Assembly: GCA_043821645.1 (NCBI GenBank)
Contig: JBDRCO010000076.1
Span: 1 to 64,000, forward strand
Direction: 5' to 3'
Length of the DNA: 64,000 bases
DNA from: Pseudomonadota bacterium
Lineage (GTDB): Bacteria; Myxococcota; JACRCW01; JAFGSX01
This document shows, one piece after another, positions 9,282-19,419 of the stretch. Both the position numbers and the translations under genes were made by a program. Below the pieces are notes generated by a model. It made no database searches, was not told the DNA's origin, and saw only the letters and a list, made by a program, of their open reading frames with translations. Each line of letters begins with the position of its first letter. Position 1 is the stretch's first letter.

Positions 9282-10020
9282 GAAGTCTGTCGCTGCGAGC
9301 CCGACAACGTAGCCCGCGGTTGCACTGGTTGTCTCGCAGGCAAAAAGCACCCAGCTCTCCGTTGCCCATGCACACCATCGCTCCGTCGGTGCGCGCCAGG
9401 CATTGCCGGCCCTGCGTGCAGTCTGAGGTCCTGCGGCAACTCTGCGCATCGTCGCCCTGCTGGCCATCACGAGCCAGGCGACCCAGGCGGCCGCTCGTGC
9501 CCCCACCACCTTCATGCGCTGGATTGGGTGAGCCGTCGCCGTGTTCCGAGGGGTGGATCGCGGTGCCACTGGAACTCTGGCCTGCGCCATGTCCCGACGA
9601 CGCAGGGTCATGTCCACGGGGGTCGACCACGGGGGAGTGCTGGCCAGGTGGGTTGCCGCGCTGAGGGTTACCTCCTGGCGTGGTGGGCCGGAGCACGGGC
9701 TGCATAGGTCGGTCGCGGGGTACGTCGACTTCGTAGGACACCACCCGGCCGCGCTTGAAATTGACGACGGTGAGGAGATCGCTTTGATGCCTCGCCGTTC
9801 GTTTGTCCCAGTGCCAGGTCTCGAAGATGCCACCGCCGCTGTAGCCGTCGGGAGAGCCCAGCAGGTTCTCCACCTGCGCCTTGCTCATGCCCACTTCGAC
9901 CCGTGTTGGTGGAGGGGGCGAGGGCCGGGTCCGCGGTCGGCTGACGGGCCGGCTACTGACACATCCAGCGACGGCGACCACCAGCAACAGGGACGCGCTC
10001 TTTAGCAGGACCATGTTCAT
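9268..10020 (-). CDS. Lipoprotein with BamE/SmpA-like domain, low-complexity linker and Cys-rich C-terminus
   Basis: Lipobox VAGC; VEVGMSKAQVENLLGSPD..ETWHW..VNFKRGRVVSY; CRRTSDC, CLRDNQC. Confidence 0.65.
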   Translation of the reverse strand: MNMVLLKSASLLLVVAVAGCVSSRPVSRPRTRPSPPPPTRVEVGMSKAQVENLLGSPDGYSGGGIFETWHWDKRTARHQSDLLTVVNFKRGRVVSYEVDVPRDRPMQPVLRPTTPGGNPQRGNPPGQHSPVVDPRGHDPASSGHGAGQSSSGTAIHPSEHGDGSPNPAHEGGGGTSGRLGRLARDGQQGDDAQSCRRTSDCTQGRQCLARTDGAMVCMGNGELGAFCLRDNQCNRGLRCRARSDRLLTCQ

Positions 10021-10069
10021 GACAACTCCCTTTGTCGAGACTCCAGGCTAAACCAGGATGGCCAAGGGC

Positions 10070-10384
10070 TCAAACATCCCGGGGACCCTGCTCCAGTGCC
10101 GCGCGCGAGGTCCCGAGGACGGCGAGCTTGCGGCTCAGGCCGGACGCGTTGTTCAAGGTGTGCAGGTAGGTGCCATCGGATCGCGCGTAGCTGATCAGCC
10201 CACCATCCTCGAGCAGGATCACCCGCACCGGATCTCGAACCGCGGCACTGACGAGGTGGTGCACCAGGTGACCCGCAGGGACAAACGCCGAGGGTTCGAG
10301 GGGGCAGGGCGCCAGACTCCAGCGGCCCGGGCAGCCGCGTATGGGTCTCCAGTCGTGACGCGGTTGAAGGTCCTGGTAACGCAT
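10070..10384 (-). CDS. Small hypothetical protein
   Basis: Protein-like globular sequence WRPIRGCPGRW...GGLISYARSDGTYLHTLN; fits between co-oriented neighbours. Confidence 0.6.
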   Translation of the reverse strand: MRYQDLQPRHDWRPIRGCPGRWSLAPCPLEPSAFVPAGHLVHHLVSAAVRDPVRVILLEDGGLISYARSDGTYLHTLNNASGLSRKLAVLGTSRAALEQGPRDV

Positions 10385-10410
10385 GTTCAGTCGGGGTGCG
10401 ACGTCGTCGA

Positions 10411-11367
10411 TCAGGAAGGGGGGAGCGGCAACAGGATCAGCGCGTTGTCCTGGAACATCGGGATCAGGATTCGCTGGCGCCTGGCGTCGAAGCCGATGTC
10501 CGCCGGTGCGGGGAGCTTGTCCGCCAGGATCGTCGCACTCCCGGCGCTGTTCACGCGATAGATGGTCTCCCCCTGCCAGCTCGAGACCAGCAGATCGCCG
10601 CCGGGCAGAGACACCACGCCATCGAGACCGCCCGTGGGCAGCGCAGGAAGATCCGTGCGCCTGCCCGTGGTGTCGAGCCGGTACATGGCGCCACTGCCGA
10701 AGGTCACCACGACCAGCCCGCCCTCGACGGCAGCCAGGCCATTGGGGCGCCCCAGGTCGGCGCTCTTCACCAGCACGCTGGGCTTACCGTCGACGATCTT
10801 CCAGATCGCGCCCGTACCAGACGGCGCAAGACCCTCGGCGCCAGCCTGCAGGCCACTGTCCGACGCAAACACCGCACCGTCGCTCGTCGCGGCCAGGTCG
10901 TTGACGAAGCGCGCCCCCGGGAGGGGGATGGACGCGCGTTGCTCGCCAGTCTGGCGGTCGAACCGCCGCACCTGGGTGATGTCCGCGACATAGAGGAGCC
11001 CGCCAGTCAGAGCCATACCCTTGGGCGCATCCAGTTGCACGTCGTCACGAGCTCCATCAATCCACTTGAGTGCCACCACCTTGCCATCGGGAGCGATCGT
11101 GCTGATGAACCCGTTGTCGTCGGCAGCCAGCGGACTGCCGTTGATGTTGGACACCAGGTAGAGGTCGCGCTCGGTGTCATGCAGGATGGACTCGGGCGTG
11201 GCCAGGCCCAGATCCCGCAACTCCACGCGCGCCATCGCGGGTGCTGCGCTCGCGGTCCCTGCTGTCCCGGTCGCAGCAACCTGGGGCGCCGGCTGGGTGC
11301 CTCCCCGGCAGGTCACGAGCGTGAGGACCAGCAGGACCTTGGTGACGACGGCGACGCCGAACCTCAT
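10411..11367 (-). CDS. SMP-30/gluconolactonase-like beta-propeller (periplasmic or lipoprotein)
   Basis: PESILHD..LYLVSNING..DNGFIS; APKGMAL; FVNDLA; PNGL; LDGV; PADIGFD. Confidence 0.85.
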   Translation of the reverse strand: MRFGVAVVTKVLLVLTLVTCRGGTQPAPQVAATGTAGTASAAPAMARVELRDLGLATPESILHDTERDLYLVSNINGSPLAADDNGFISTIAPDGKVVALKWIDGARDDVQLDAPKGMALTGGLLYVADITQVRRFDRQTGEQRASIPLPGARFVNDLAATSDGAVFASDSGLQAGAEGLAPSGTGAIWKIVDGKPSVLVKSADLGRPNGLAAVEGGLVVVTFGSGAMYRLDTTGRRTDLPALPTGGLDGVVSLPGGDLLVSSWQGETIYRVNSAGSATILADKLPAPADIGFDARRQRILIPMFQDNALILLPLPPS

Positions 11368-11530
11368 GACCAGCCCCCGGGGTGGCTTTCTTGGTACGCG
11401 GAACAGTGACACGAGCATTGTAGCGTTCAGAGCGCCTGGCTCAACCCGCGGCTGCAGGTGTGCCATGATGTGAGGTCATCACAACCTGGTGGCAACAAGG
11501 TCGGACCGAGCTGCGCCACTCGAAAGGACG

Positions 11531-12184
11531 ATGTGCATGCGCTGTCACCTGAGAGCTTGTTCTCCCCTCGCGATCCTGGTCGCGGCCTGCACCACTGCTC
11601 CGCAGCCCACACCCTCGGCGACCTCGCGACCTCTGGTGGCTGCTGCGGCTGCGATACCTGGCCAGGCGCTCGACGCCGTGCCCGAGGCCTGGCACAAGGC
11701 CCTGGATCGGGGCGTGGTGGCCACTTCTGCTCTCGGCTCGAGGCTGCGCGCGAGGGTGGCTGAGGCCATGAAGCAGGGAGGACCGGCACAGGCCATCGTG
11801 GTGTGTCGGGACGATGCGGCCGAGCTGACCGCCGCTGTGAGCGCGGAGTACGGGATCCGGCTCGGACGGACCAGCCATCGCCTGCGCAACCACGACAACG
11901 GGGCACCTCCCTGGATGACCGCTCTCGTCGAGCTGGCCAGGCAGCCTGCAACCGACACGCCGCAGGCGCGGGCCTTTGATCTCGGTGATGCAGTGGGCTT
12001 GGCCCAGCCCATTTCGACGGCAACCGCCTGTCTGCGCTGCCACGGTCCACGAGACCAGATCGACCCTGCTGTCCTCGACGTGCTGACCGAGACCTATCCT
12101 GACGATCGCGCCACGGGCTTCGAAGCCGGCTCACTCCGCGGGTACATGTGGGCCGAGATCCCGCTGCGCATCGCCATCGAATGA
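11531..12184 (+). CDS. DUF3365/Tll0287-like monoheme c protein (lipoprotein)
   Basis: Lipobox VAAC; AIVVC..GRTSHRLRNHDN.P; CLRCH; YPDDRATGFEAGSLRG. Confidence 0.85.
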   Translation: MCMRCHLRACSPLAILVAACTTAPQPTPSATSRPLVAAAAAIPGQALDAVPEAWHKALDRGVVATSALGSRLRARVAEAMKQGGPAQAIVVCRDDAAELTAAVSAEYGIRLGRTSHRLRNHDNGAPPWMTALVELARQPATDTPQARAFDLGDAVGLAQPISTATACLRCHGPRDQIDPAVLDVLTETYPDDRATGFEAGSLRGYMWAEIPLRIAIE

Positions 12185-12196
12185 GAAGACCAGGCG

Positions 12197-13456
12197 TCAG
12201 GGCACGCTGCACATCAAGGCGCGGTCGCCGCAGGTATCGGAGGCCAGGTCGCAATAAAAGCTCAGGCACTCGTTATCATCGGAGCAGGCGCTGCCGTCCG
12301 CCCGCGCCGTCACGCACAGGGGATTCTGTGGATCGGTGAGGTTATCGCAGGTGGCGCTGAAGGGCTGGCACGGTCTGGTCGCGCCGCAGGTGTCGCCCAG
12401 CGAAGCCAGGGCCAGGCACCTGCCCGTGCTGGTCTGGCAGATGGCCTCGGGAAAGCCACACTGGACGTGACTCGTACAAGGCTCCCCGGGGGCAACGAAG
12501 GCTTTGCACTGGTTGCTCTCGCAAAAGGCACCATCGGCGCAGCTGTACAGGCAGGCATTGCCAGCCGTGGGGCGCTCGCAGACGCCGACGCGTGCACAGG
12601 TCCCGCTCAGGCAGATGGCGGGCTGCAGGCAATCCTGGTCGCCAGCGCAGGCCAGACCCGGGGCCACGCGGTCGGTGCAGGTCGCACCATCGCAGCGCAG
12701 GGCCTGCGCGCAGCGGTCGCTCGAGGTACACCCGACGCCACGCTCGAGCTTGGGTGTGCACAGCTGGCTTCGACACCAGCCCGAGGCGCAGCTTGCATCC
12801 GAGGTGCAGCTCGCATTGTCATCGAGCGTGGGGCTGCAGAGCTGGCTCTGAGGATTGCAGAAAAGCTCATCCGCGCAAGGTATCCGCGGCGATCCGTCGT
12901 TGCAGGCTTCACCCGCAGTGGCCTGGCGACGGCACACATCGCAGGTCTGATCGTCAGTCTGGCGCTCGCAGTACAGGTCGGCGCCGCACCCAGCGAAGGT
13001 CGTGGTCGTCGACTCGCAACTCTCGCCCACGCCGACGGCGTCAACGGGCTGGATGGCGCGCTTGCAGTCGTCGCTGTCCATGTCCTCGGCATCGCAGCTC
13101 AGGCCTGCGAGCCAGGCGATACAGGCCTTGCCGTGGACCTCGCTGTACGCGACCGCCACGCTCTGGCGGAGCTTGCCGGTCTGGATCTCGAGGCCACAGC
13201 GCAGGTAGTCCTCGAGATAACTCCGGCATGCTTGCCCGTCGATGTAGAGCTGGCCGACGGTGTCCTCGCAGCGCTCGAGGGTCGTGCAGTAGGTCTCGAT
13301 GTACTGCGCACGCGTCGAGACAGGTTCGGGTACCACGTTGGGCGGTGGCACACACAGCGCACCGCCCAACACAAAAGTTCCGATCAAGATCATGCCAGTG
13401 GCGAAAAGGCGGGTCACGGTCCGTGTCCTGGTCTTCCCTGCGTCCACGGGTCTCAC
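12197..13456 (-). CDS. Cys-rich secreted/lipoprotein with Dickkopf-like tandem repeats
   Basis: Hydrophobic N-terminus then Cys; repeated GxxCxxxxxCxxGxxC units; GTGA overlap with upstream gene. Confidence 0.7.
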   Translation of the reverse strand: MRPVDAGKTRTRTVTRLFATGMILIGTFVLGGALCVPPPNVVPEPVSTRAQYIETYCTTLERCEDTVGQLYIDGQACRSYLEDYLRCGLEIQTGKLRQSVAVAYSEVHGKACIAWLAGLSCDAEDMDSDDCKRAIQPVDAVGVGESCESTTTTFAGCGADLYCERQTDDQTCDVCRRQATAGEACNDGSPRIPCADELFCNPQSQLCSPTLDDNASCTSDASCASGWCRSQLCTPKLERGVGCTSSDRCAQALRCDGATCTDRVAPGLACAGDQDCLQPAICLSGTCARVGVCERPTAGNACLYSCADGAFCESNQCKAFVAPGEPCTSHVQCGFPEAICQTSTGRCLALASLGDTCGATRPCQPFSATCDNLTDPQNPLCVTARADGSACSDDNECLSFYCDLASDTCGDRALMCSVP

Positions 13457-14307
13457 TCGGCACCACAGCTCTTGCCATGCAACTCGAGGATCTCCCTGAG
13501 GCCGCCGAGCGTGAAGGAGATGTGCGTGGCGCCTCCGGACTTGGCGTGAAACTCGAAATCCAGCACGCTCTTGCCCGCCAGGGCCTTGAGGAGTCCCGCG
13601 CTGCCTTCGAACAGAAGAGTATCCTGGTCAGCGGCGAGGTTCAGGCCCCAGGCCTGGGCCGCTTCGTCGTCGATCTTCACCTTGCCCGTGAGCTTGCCTC
13701 CGCTGTTCTTCACCGGCAGCACGGTCTGCACATAGAGCTCGGCGTTGCCTCCGCTACACCGGAGCAGCAGCTTGGGTTTTGCTGGACCGTCGCCACCGGC
13801 CAGCTCCGCCGTTGCTTCCTTGACACCCATCACGGCCACGGCGCCAGACTCCTCGTCCTTCTCGTCGGTGAGGCTCCATCCACCTGCCTGTATGGCCTGC
13901 AGATGCTCAGCCTGAAGCTTGGCAACCTTCTCCTTCTCCTCGCCCTTCAGCCTCTCGCCGGCGATCTTCTTGCCGATCTCCCACATCTTCTCGGGTGTGA
14001 CGGTCTCGCTCATATCGGCCTGGCCAAGGCAGCTGCCGAGGACGAAGCCCTGCTTGGAACCCTTTTCCTCGCAGCACATGCCACACTCGCGCACGTTCTC
14101 CTTGGGCTGCGCGCAGTAGACGCTCTCGCAATCTGCCGATCCGCTCTCCTTGCAGTATGCCTGGCACAGCTCCACGACCTTGTCGCGCTTGGCACAGAAG
14201 CCCAAACATTGCTGCTTGAGCCCATCGAGCTTGGCTTCCTTCGAGGGGCAGCCGCAAAGAAACAACGCCGTCGTCAACACCAGCCCGATCCCTTTGATGT
14301 GTCGCAT
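13453..14307 (-). CDS. Lipoprotein with Cys-rich N-domain and VasI/TagO-like C-terminal domain
   Basis: Lipobox LCGC; GWSLTDEKDE..KLLLRCSGGNAELYV..VKIDD..SFTLGGL..SCG resembles the VasI pattern. Confidence 0.6.
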   Translation of the reverse strand: MRHIKGIGLVLTTALFLCGCPSKEAKLDGLKQQCLGFCAKRDKVVELCQAYCKESGSADCESVYCAQPKENVRECGMCCEEKGSKQGFVLGSCLGQADMSETVTPEKMWEIGKKIAGERLKGEEKEKVAKLQAEHLQAIQAGGWSLTDEKDEESGAVAVMGVKEATAELAGGDGPAKPKLLLRCSGGNAELYVQTVLPVKNSGGKLTGKVKIDDEAAQAWGLNLAADQDTLLFEGSAGLLKALAGKSVLDFEFHAKSGGATHISFTLGGLREILELHGKSCGAE

Positions 14308-14572
14308 GATCCACCCCGTCGCTAGAACTCGTTGGTTCGTCACCGGACCTGAGATCCGCAGTTTACTTTGGACCGCTCGAAAACCTGGACTCCCCTGAAT
14401 GGCATGTCCTGACATGCTCATCGTGTACGTCGGCCGTACCGGCGCGGCGCAAGTATACACCCAGCGCCGGGGGCTGGGAGCGGTTCGTGAGGGGGGCTGC
14501 CGACACTCCAGGCGCCGTCAGAAGCTGGACTGCGTGAAGCTGCGGTGCGGGAGGACGCCGTATCGTGTCGCG

Positions 14573-14932
14573 CTAGGCGAAGATCGCGAGCAGGCCGGCC
14601 ATGCTGAACAGGGCCACCCCGAAGAAGGTCGCCAGCACGAACATGAGACCGCCGACGATGAAGACGTAGACGAGGCCGACGATGAAAGCCCGGCCAGCTC
14701 CTATGGCATAAGCCTTCATGACCACGACGAACCACATCGCGACGGACAGCAGCAGGCCAATGATGGGGATACTGCCCAGCAGCGCACCTCCTACCATCAT
14801 GATCAGATTGGCCACCACGGCCGTGCCAAAACCCGTCTTCGGGGTGCTATCTGCCGCCACGACCTTGACCGAGACGTGGAGGACCACCGCCCCCAGAAGC
14901 AGACCGAAAAGGAAAGAGATCAAGGTTGCCAT
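14573..14932 (-). CDS. Small integral membrane protein (about 4 TM)
   Basis: Almost entirely hydrophobic; GGGAGG upstream. Confidence 0.7.
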   Translation of the reverse strand: MATLISFLFGLLLGAVVLHVSVKVVAADSTPKTGFGTAVVANLIMMVGGALLGSIPIIGLLLSVAMWFVVVMKAYAIGAGRAFIVGLVYVFIVGGLMFVLATFFGVALFSMAGLLAIFA

Positions 14933-15065
14933 CGTCACCCTCCCGCGCGCTCACGACGCGCATGTCACCACACACGATGCCAGACCCGGGTTCTCACGAA
15001 CCAGCCCCACTGGGTGACAGCGCTTGAGTCGTGACCTGCGCCAGGTCGAAGGGTACAAGAAGGAC

Positions 15066-15527
15066 ATGCTTCTCGACCAACTGGGCCGCGCGGCCATCAA
15101 CCTGGTTCGCCGGCACCGCGGGCGCCATAGCCGGGTCACCCTGGGCGTGCGCATTCTCTTGACGGACCAGGGACGGGTGCTGCTGGTGCGGCACCGTCTC
15201 CTCGGTGGCTGGTACCTGCCGGGGGGTGGCGTGGAGCGCGACGAGACGCTGGAACAGGCTGCCCGACGTGAGCTGCTTGAAGAGACCAGCGCCAGCGTCG
15301 GCGTCTTGACCTTGCATGGAGTGTTCAGCAACTTTCACGACGGCGCGAGCGATCACGTGGTGGTGTTTCGAGGCGAAGGCGCAGCGACGCCCAGACCTGC
15401 GGACCTGGAGATCGCCGAAGCCTGCTGGTTCAAGCTGGCGGATCTGCCGCCTGACCTGTCCCCGGGTACGGTCAGGCGCCTGCACGAGCGGGAACGTGGT
15501 GACGGTCCACTGGTGGGGATCTGGTGA
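15066..15527 (+). CDS. NUDIX hydrolase
   Basis: Nudix box GGGVERDETLEQAARRELLEET. Confidence 0.92.
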   Translation: MLLDQLGRAAINLVRRHRGRHSRVTLGVRILLTDQGRVLLVRHRLLGGWYLPGGGVERDETLEQAARRELLEETSASVGVLTLHGVFSNFHDGASDHVVVFRGEGAATPRPADLEIAEACWFKLADLPPDLSPGTVRRLHERERGDGPLVGIW

Positions 15528-17089
15528 GACGGGACACGTCAGGCGCTCTCATCCGGTTTGTGACGACAGGCATGGCGCTGATGCTCTGTGCAGTGGTCGT
15601 CCACGCCGGCGATGGCCTCGCCGGGCTCGCGCGGTACTTCTCGCACACCACCGAGTGGGCGCAGCAGGCCGAGCACAGGCAGCGCCTGCCCCTACCGCCG
15701 AGGCTCGTCGACGCCTACGAGTTCTGGATCCGGGTGTACAGTGAGTGGGACAGCACGCAGGCCTTGCTGCACCGCGACCGCAGCTTCGAGCTCAAGACCG
15801 ATGCCCTGGGGCAAGTGGTCCTGCTCGACACGCGCAGCGACGAGGTCAAACGCTACAGCAACGTCGGGGAGCGCGATCGCGCGCGGTCGGCGGGCCACAA
15901 GGAGTACTGGCGCATGCAGCGCGGCATGCGCGACCTGCTGCTCACGGCCATGCAGACCTATGTCTACTTTCAGCACCCCATGGAGGAGGCGCTGGCCAAG
16001 AGCGGGCTCCCCGTCGAGGTCCTGGCCCTGGGCTTTCTGGAGTCGCTGTACACGCCAGATGCACGCTCAAAAACCGGCGCGGTCGGCGTGTTTCAGATCC
16101 AGCCCTGGGAGGGGCACAAGCTCGGCGCCCGCATGGGGCCGGCGTTCAACGAGCTGCTGGACCCCATCACCAGTGCGCGTCTGGCGGCGGACAAGCTGAA
16201 GACGGATCTTGCGGCCTTGGAGCGTACGGCCCGCGAGGCTGGCATCGAGGTCCAGGGGCAGTCGCTGTGGCCGCTGGCCGTGACCGCGTACAACCAGGGC
16301 GTGCATCTGGTGATCCGGGCGGTACAGGATACCCGCAGCGTGGACCTGCTGCGCGTGGTCATCGACGACGAGGCGAGCCGTTTTGGTTTTTCTGGTCGCA
16401 ACTTCTACGTGCAGTTCAGGATGTTCGCGGACCTGCTGCGCAACAGCAAGGCCGACCTGGCGCGCGCGGACTGGCCTCGCATGGACCCCCTGGTCGAGAT
16501 TACCGTGGGGCGTTTCCTCGACTGGCCGGGTTTCATCGAGCGCTGTGGTCTGCACCCGGCCTGGCTCAAACCCATGAACCTCGGCATCACCGACCTGGGC
16601 TGGGACGGCGTCCTTTATCTGCCTCCTGACGCCCAGGTGCGCTTCCCTCGCATCCAGCTCGAGCGGGTCCAGAAGTGTCTGCAGGGTCCGGCCCTGGGCG
16701 CCATGCACGAGGCCCAGCGCAACCTGACGAGCTATCGACTGCGCAAGGGCGACAACCTGACGACGGTGGCCCAGCGCCTGGGTTGCACGCCCTTTGACCT
16801 GATGGCGGTCAATGACATCGATCGCGAGAAGGCCGCGCGCATGGCGGTCGGTACTCTGGTGCGGGTGCCCACCCGTCGCTACGCCGAGCTCGCCGAGCAG
16901 GTGGAGAGCTGGGCCCAGCGCGGTCGGCCGCGGCCGCTGTCCTTTGCTCCCTACACCGTGCGCGCCGGCGATGACGTCGAGAAGGTCGAGCGGATCCACG
17001 GCCTCAAGCACCCCGAGCTGGCCAAGTGGAACGACCTGACGGGCTGGCGGCCCGGGCTGGTGGTGCACGTCCCCGAGTACGCGCCATGA
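15524..17089 (+). CDS. MltD-like lytic transglycosylase (SLT domain plus two LysM)
   Basis: LESLYTPDARSKTGAVGVFQI (catalytic Glu); WPLAVTAYNQG; YRLRKGDNLTTVA and YTVRAGDD LysM starts. Confidence 0.88.
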   Translation: MRRDTSGALIRFVTTGMALMLCAVVVHAGDGLAGLARYFSHTTEWAQQAEHRQRLPLPPRLVDAYEFWIRVYSEWDSTQALLHRDRSFELKTDALGQVVLLDTRSDEVKRYSNVGERDRARSAGHKEYWRMQRGMRDLLLTAMQTYVYFQHPMEEALAKSGLPVEVLALGFLESLYTPDARSKTGAVGVFQIQPWEGHKLGARMGPAFNELLDPITSARLAADKLKTDLAALERTAREAGIEVQGQSLWPLAVTAYNQGVHLVIRAVQDTRSVDLLRVVIDDEASRFGFSGRNFYVQFRMFADLLRNSKADLARADWPRMDPLVEITVGRFLDWPGFIERCGLHPAWLKPMNLGITDLGWDGVLYLPPDAQVRFPRIQLERVQKCLQGPALGAMHEAQRNLTSYRLRKGDNLTTVAQRLGCTPFDLMAVNDIDREKAARMAVGTLVRVPTRRYAELAEQVESWAQRGRPRPLSFAPYTVRAGDDVEKVERIHGLKHPELAKWNDLTGWRPGLVVHVPEYAP

Positions 17090-17544
17090 AAGTGATTGGA
17101 GTCGCCCTGACAAGCCTGCTGCTAAGCGCGGCGCCGCAGCCCTCGTCGCTCCCCGCTCTGCACTCGGTGGCCAGCACGCGCCTGGGCTTCACCCTGGACC
17201 TGCCCGGGGGGCTCGCAGTCGAACACTGTGGCGAACGCGCTTGCCTGTTCGCGCGTTCCGAGGATGCGGGAGCTGGCCTGCGGGTCGAGATCCAGATCCT
17301 GCCGCAGGCTCCAGCCATCGACGACGAGCTTCGCCGCCTGGCTGGTGAGGGCTGGCGGGAGAGCGAGCGACGCCAGGACAGGGCTGGGCATCTGATGGTG
17401 GTTCTCGACGGGCAGCGTGGAGAGACGCGAGTGTGGTATTTGCACCGGACGCCGGGTCGAGCGCTGCTCGCCCAGTGCACGGACCGGGTCTCGGAACCAA
17501 CCACCCTGATCGCGATTTGTCGATCCCTGCGCGCGTTGCGCTGA
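17086..17544 (+). CDS. Secreted hypothetical protein
   Basis: ATGA overlap with the lytic transglycosylase gene; signal peptide MKVIGVALTSLLLSA. Confidence 0.55.
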   Translation: MKVIGVALTSLLLSAAPQPSSLPALHSVASTRLGFTLDLPGGLAVEHCGERACLFARSEDAGAGLRVEIQILPQAPAIDDELRRLAGEGWRESERRQDRAGHLMVVLDGQRGETRVWYLHRTPGRALLAQCTDRVSEPTTLIAICRSLRALR

Positions 17545-17545
17545 T

Positions 17546-18571
17546 TCACCGGGATTCTCCCGTGGCCAGACGCCGCGCGGGCATGAATCGCCGCCACATC
17601 AGGGCCAGACCCCCGACCAGCATCAGGGCCGCGACCAGGGCGATGGGATTGCCTGGCGCGCGACGCCCCCGGAGCAGCAAGGCGGGACGCTGCTCGAAGC
17701 GCTCGAGCTGTATGGTGGCGCCGCCGGTCAGCACGAGGTCGCGTCCGCGGGTGAGCCAGGTCTCGGTCCAGGTTCCGTCGCCGGACCGCACTCCCACCCG
17801 GGCCAGGGTATGTCCGTGAGCGCCCATGTCCTGTACAGCGCGCAGCACCACATGGGCATCACCCAGAGCACAGGGTTCCCCCTGTGGCTCGAGGCTGCAG
17901 GTCGCATCACCTCGCCGCAGCACGATCGCGCCCAGTCGCTGTGAGTGCTTCAGCACCAGGTACAGGGTCTGTCCCCAGCCGGTCGACAGCGGCGCATTGT
18001 AGGCCACCGCGTGCTCCCGCTCCTGTCCGTCGGGCGTGCGCACCAGGATGCGGGCGTCGATCTGACGGGTTCCACCCAGCGGCAGCAATTTCTCGTCGAG
18101 ACGACTCAGGCGCGCCTCGCCACCGCCGGGCAAGGGTCGCCATTGCTGGTCGAGCAGCACGCCTCCCAACTCCTCGCTCCACAGACCTCCGACACCATGG
18201 GCCAGCAGCGCGACCAGGAACGACAGATGGAGCACGGATGGCCCGTAGGTTGTGAGTCGCCGCTGACCGCCGCGCCAGCGCTGCAGCAGGCTGTGCCAGG
18301 TGGCGAGCAAGGTGCTCAGGGCATACAGGCCCAGCGTCGGTACGAGCAGGTAGAACCACAGATGCGCGATGGACGGGCGCGTGAAGAAAGGCCGGATATC
18401 GTCGAGGGCAATGCCCGCCGAGGCACCGTCGCGGGTCGCCGCCATCACCACCGATCCCACGGCGAGGAGCACCACCGTGGCCAGGCCGCAGGCGACGCCC
18501 GTGCCCTGCGCGCGGAGCAGCCGGGTGAAACGAGCGAGGGCGCCCGGATGAGGGGTGTCAGCGCCAGCCAT
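17546..18571 (-). CDS. Compact ResB/CcsB-like cytochrome c biogenesis protein (system II)
   Basis: TM helices, YGPSVLHLSF His motif, periplasmic VAYNAPL, C-terminal APGNPIALV..GGL TM; overlaps ccsA. Confidence 0.75.
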   Translation of the reverse strand: MAGADTPHPGALARFTRLLRAQGTGVACGLATVVLLAVGSVVMAATRDGASAGIALDDIRPFFTRPSIAHLWFYLLVPTLGLYALSTLLATWHSLLQRWRGGQRRLTTYGPSVLHLSFLVALLAHGVGGLWSEELGGVLLDQQWRPLPGGGEARLSRLDEKLLPLGGTRQIDARILVRTPDGQEREHAVAYNAPLSTGWGQTLYLVLKHSQRLGAIVLRRGDATCSLEPQGEPCALGDAHVVLRAVQDMGAHGHTLARVGVRSGDGTWTETWLTRGRDLVLTGGATIQLERFEQRPALLLRGRRAPGNPIALVAALMLVGGLALMWRRFMPARRLATGESR

Positions 18572-19337
18572 GGCTCGAGTTCCCGAACAGGAAGGACGTT
18601 CCGACATAGGCCACGAGCACGAATCCGAAGCCCGTGACGGCGAGCAAGGGGCGGAGCCAGACGCGTAGTTGCAGGGTCGGCGACAGGCGCAGGTGCACAA
18701 AGGTGGCGTAGTGGAACCACAGGATCACCGACCACAGCACCTTGGGATCCCACAGAAAGTATGCGCCCCAGGCCAGTACCCCCCACACGCCTCCGCAGAC
18801 CATCGCCAGCGACCACAGGCCAAAGCCCCACAGTGCAAGATCCTGCACGCTTTGCAGGCTGTCGACGCTGCGCTCGAGCCACCAGCGGAGCGCCGAAGCA
18901 GCTGCTGCGGTCCACAGGCCGTAGGCGAGAAACGAGGCCGGTACGTGAAGCGGGTACCAGATCGTGCGCATAAGGGGCGGTGCGTCGTGAAGCTCCAAAC
19001 CAAAAGAAAAGGCCATGGCCATCGCGGCGCCGATGACGACGAACATGGGCAGCAGGAAGCTGCGCCGTGGCTGCCAGGTCAGCACCAGCACCAGGGCCAC
19101 GGCCAGTGCGGCGGTCGAGAAGCTCTCCATCTTGTTGGTCAGGGGGAAGTAGGCGATGAGCACGCCGCGCAGGCTCATGGCCAGCAGGTGCGCGGCCACA
19201 CCCAGACCTGCCAGCACGCGACCACGCGCTGGACCGAGCATGGCCAGGCCGAAGGCCACGGCGTACAGCCCCGCAGCCGCCAGCAGCGCCGTGCGGGACA
19301 AGACAAAGGCCAGGGAGGTCGCGGCGTCGGTCTGCAT
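18558..19337 (-). CDS. ccsA: CcsA/ResC cytochrome c biogenesis protein
   Basis: PLTNKMES; WYPLHVPASFLAYG; WWD motif WGVLAWGAYFLWDPK; FVH; C-terminal SH. Confidence 0.9.
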   Translation of the reverse strand: MQTDAATSLAFVLSRTALLAAAGLYAVAFGLAMLGPARGRVLAGLGVAAHLLAMSLRGVLIAYFPLTNKMESFSTAALAVALVLVLTWQPRRSFLLPMFVVIGAAMAMAFSFGLELHDAPPLMRTIWYPLHVPASFLAYGLWTAAAASALRWWLERSVDSLQSVQDLALWGFGLWSLAMVCGGVWGVLAWGAYFLWDPKVLWSVILWFHYATFVHLRLSPTLQLRVWLRPLLAVTGFGFVLVAYVGTSFLFGNSSHGWR

Positions 19338-19419
19338 GCTGTGAGGTGTGCTCCGTCGACAGCTGATCACATACCGTCGCGAAGCATACGTGACAACGCG
19401 CCGTGACCGGCGCGTGACG

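Noticed and set aside
11451-11465. Sigma54-like TGGCAC-N5-CAGC on the minus strand
   Set aside because: Lacks the TT of the -12 element; too weak to call
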